This document shows positions 62,544 through 64,000 of a stretch of DNA of 64,000 nucleotides, piece by piece (the first letter of the stretch is position 1; each line of letters begins with the position of its first letter). The stretch is from Deltaproteobacteria bacterium (GTDB lineage: Bacteria > Desulfobacterota > Binatia > HRBIN30 > CADEER01): NCBI GenBank assembly GCA_033764095.1, contig JANRJF010000255.1, forward strand, positions 20,154 to 84,153, written 5' to 3'. The notes beneath the pieces were generated by a model. The model did no database searches. It was not told the DNA's origin and was given only the letters and a program-made list of their open reading frames with translations. Position numbers and translations under genes: made by a program.

Positions 62544-63312
62544 CGGCGCGCTCCCCACCCTGGCGCTGCTCGCCGGTGAGCCCGAAGCGCCGCTCGCGCT
62601 GTTGATAGTGTTCGAGCGCGGTGAGGAATTCGGCCTCGCGGAAGTCAGGCCACAGGGTGTCCGTGACGTAGAGCTCCGCATAGGCGATCTGCCAGAGGAA
62701 GAAGTTCGAGAGTCGCATCTCGCCGCTGGTGCGGATCAGCAGGTCCGGGTCAGGCAACCCCGCCGTACCGAGAGCGCCAGCCAGCGCCGTCGCGTCGATC
62801 GCGTCGGGATCCAGTTCGCCGTCGCGCGCGGCGCGGGCCAGCCGGCGCGCCGCCTGGACGATGTCCTCGCGACCGCCGTAGCTGACACAGAGGCCGACGG
62901 TGAGGCGCTGATTGTCGCGCGTCAACTCGACGACGTGCTCGAGCTCGCGGCGCACGCTGTCGGGCAGGCGGCTGAGATCGCCGATCGCCAGCACCCGCAC
63001 CTCGTTGCTCATCAAGCGACGGATCTCGGTGCGCAGGTAGCGCCGCAACAGCGCCATCAGCGCGTTGACCTCACGCGGCGGCCGCTGCCAATTCTCGGTC
63101 GAGAAGGCGAACAGGCTGAGGTACGGCACGCCGAGCCGGCGCGCCGCTTCGACGACCGCGCGCACCGAGTCCTTGCCGCGACGGTGCCCCTCGATGCGTG
63201 TTAACCCACGGCGTTGAGCCCACCGCCCGTTGCCATCCATGATGATGGCGACGTGCCGCGGCAGGCGCGTGAGGTCGAGTCCGGAGGTGTCGAGCGCGGG
63301 CACCTCGGTCAC
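62530..63312 (-). CDS. uppS: isoprenyl transferase (undecaprenyl diphosphate synthase)
   Basis: HVAIIMDGNGRWA, FSTENW, and the cis-prenyltransferase pattern. Confidence 0.9.
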   Translation of the reverse strand: MTEVPALDTSGLDLTRLPRHVAIIMDGNGRWAQRRGLTRIEGHRRGKDSVRAVVEAARRLGVPYLSLFAFSTENWQRPPREVNALMALLRRYLRTEIRRLMSNEVRVLAIGDLSRLPDSVRRELEHVVELTRDNQRLTVGLCVSYGGREDIVQAARRLARAARDGELDPDAIDATALAGALGTAGLPDPDLLIRTSGEMRLSNFFLWQIAYAELYVTDTLWPDFREAEFLTALEHYQQRERRFGLTGEQRQGGERAGAAR

Positions 63313-63872
63313 ACCTCCATGATCTCTTCTTCTTTCGCCTTGAGGACCTTGTCCAGGCGCTCGGTGTAATCCTTGGTCAGATCCTGGATCTTCTCCTGCC
63401 CCTTGCGCAGGTCGTCCTCGGTGATGTCGCCGTCTTTCTCCAGCGCCTTCAACAGGTCGTTCGCGTCGCGCCGGTGATTGCGCAGCGAGACGCGGAAGTC
63501 CTCCGCCACTTTGCGGATGTGCTTGACCAGATCCCGGCGGCGTTCCTCGGTGAGCTCGGGAATCGGCACGCGGATCAGTTTGCCGTCGTTCTGCGGTACG
63601 AGGCCGAGGTCGGACTGCAGGATCGCCCGCTCAATGTCGTTGATCGCGCTGCGGTCGTAGGGCTGGATAACCAACAGGCGCGGTTCCGGCGCACTGAGGC
63701 TGGCGAGTTGATTCAACGGCGTGCGGGCCCCGTAGTACTCGACGTGGATGCCCTCGAGCAACGCCGTCGAGGCACGGCCGGTCCGCGTGCGCGTCATGTC
63801 GCGCCGCATCGCGACGATGGTGTCCTCCATCTCGCGGCGCAGGTCGGCCAGGACGTCGTCGCTCGCGGCCAT
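63309..63872 (-). CDS. frr: ribosome recycling factor
   Basis: Internal ATG at ~63872 overlapping the pyrH stop (TGATG). RRF family sequence (IRVPIPELTEERRRDLVK). Confidence 0.9.
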   Translation of the reverse strand: MAASDDVLADLRREMEDTIVAMRRDMTRTRTGRASTALLEGIHVEYYGARTPLNQLASLSAPEPRLLVIQPYDRSAINDIERAILQSDLGLVPQNDGKLIRVPIPELTEERRRDLVKHIRKVAEDFRVSLRNHRRDANDLLKALEKDGDITEDDLRKGQEKIQDLTKDYTERLDKVLKAKEEEIMEV

Positions 63873-64000
63873 CAATGCACCAGGGTTCCAATCGGCTCGC
63901 CCCGCACGGCGCGGCCGATGTTGCCTTCCACCGTCATGTTGAAGACCATGATCGGCAATGCGTTCTCCATGCACAGCGTGACAGCGGTCGCGTCCATCAC
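63872..64000 (-). CDS. pyrH: UMP kinase, C-terminal fragment (gene continues beyond window end)
   Basis: Translation of the window end on the minus strand: ...[40 protein letters not shown], the PyrH C-terminus. pyrH-frr-uppS-cdsA-rseP order is conserved. Confidence 0.85.
   Translation of the reverse strand: MMDATAVTLCMENALPIMVFNMTVEGNIGRAVRGEPIGTLVH

Overview
High-GC (~70%) bacterial chromosomal window. The gene content and a 'GC + hydrophobic helix + RRR' C-terminal sorting signal suggest a Myxococcota-like organism, but no taxon is proven. Most of the window is conserved housekeeping. Plus-strand housekeeping: cdnL-ispD, mtnA, nagZ, smpB, a long translationally coupled operon ending in a 3-methylcrotonyl-CoA-type carboxylase, etfBA, nadK-recN. 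Minus-strand housekeeping: cysK, panDCB, a deoxynucleoside kinase, rarA, truA-asd-leuB-leuA, pssA-ilvC-ilvN, tsaB, rseP-cdsA-uppS-frr-pyrH. One tRNA-Ala(GGC) is present. No rRNA, CRISPR array, transposase or integrase was recognised. Three regions are not ordinary. (1) The first ~8 kb is markedly lower in GC (~57-60%). It carries a divergent module: ACP / beta-ketoacyl-ACP synthase / membrane fatty-acid desaturase on one side, and a LuxI/FeeM-like N-acyl synthase co-transcribed with a 7TM-GAF histidine kinase on the other. A TPR regulator is at the window edge. Together this reads as a candidate lipid-signal synthesis and sensing system on an acquired island. (2) Between the etf locus and tRNA-Ala sits an accessory block of secreted-protein genes: two tandem paralogous Cys-rich secreted proteins of unknown function, a nucleotide-sugar dehydrogenase, a cohesin-domain protein with a C-terminal sorting anchor, and a 914-aa protein combining a 7-bladed PD40 propeller, Cys-rich modules, a cohesin and two dockerin modules. 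This looks like a cohesin-dockerin assembled cell-surface complex. (3) An ~8 kb operon with repeated ATGA/TGATG stop-start overlaps runs BolA, two alpha/beta hydrolases, a luciferase-like monooxygenase, a FAD oxidoreductase, and an acyl-CoA carboxylase whose alpha subunit is split into separate biotin carboxylase and BCCP genes. Many long six-frame ORFs are Arg/Ala-rich shadow frames typical of high-GC DNA and were rejected. Coordinates of internal start codons are +/- a few nucleotides.
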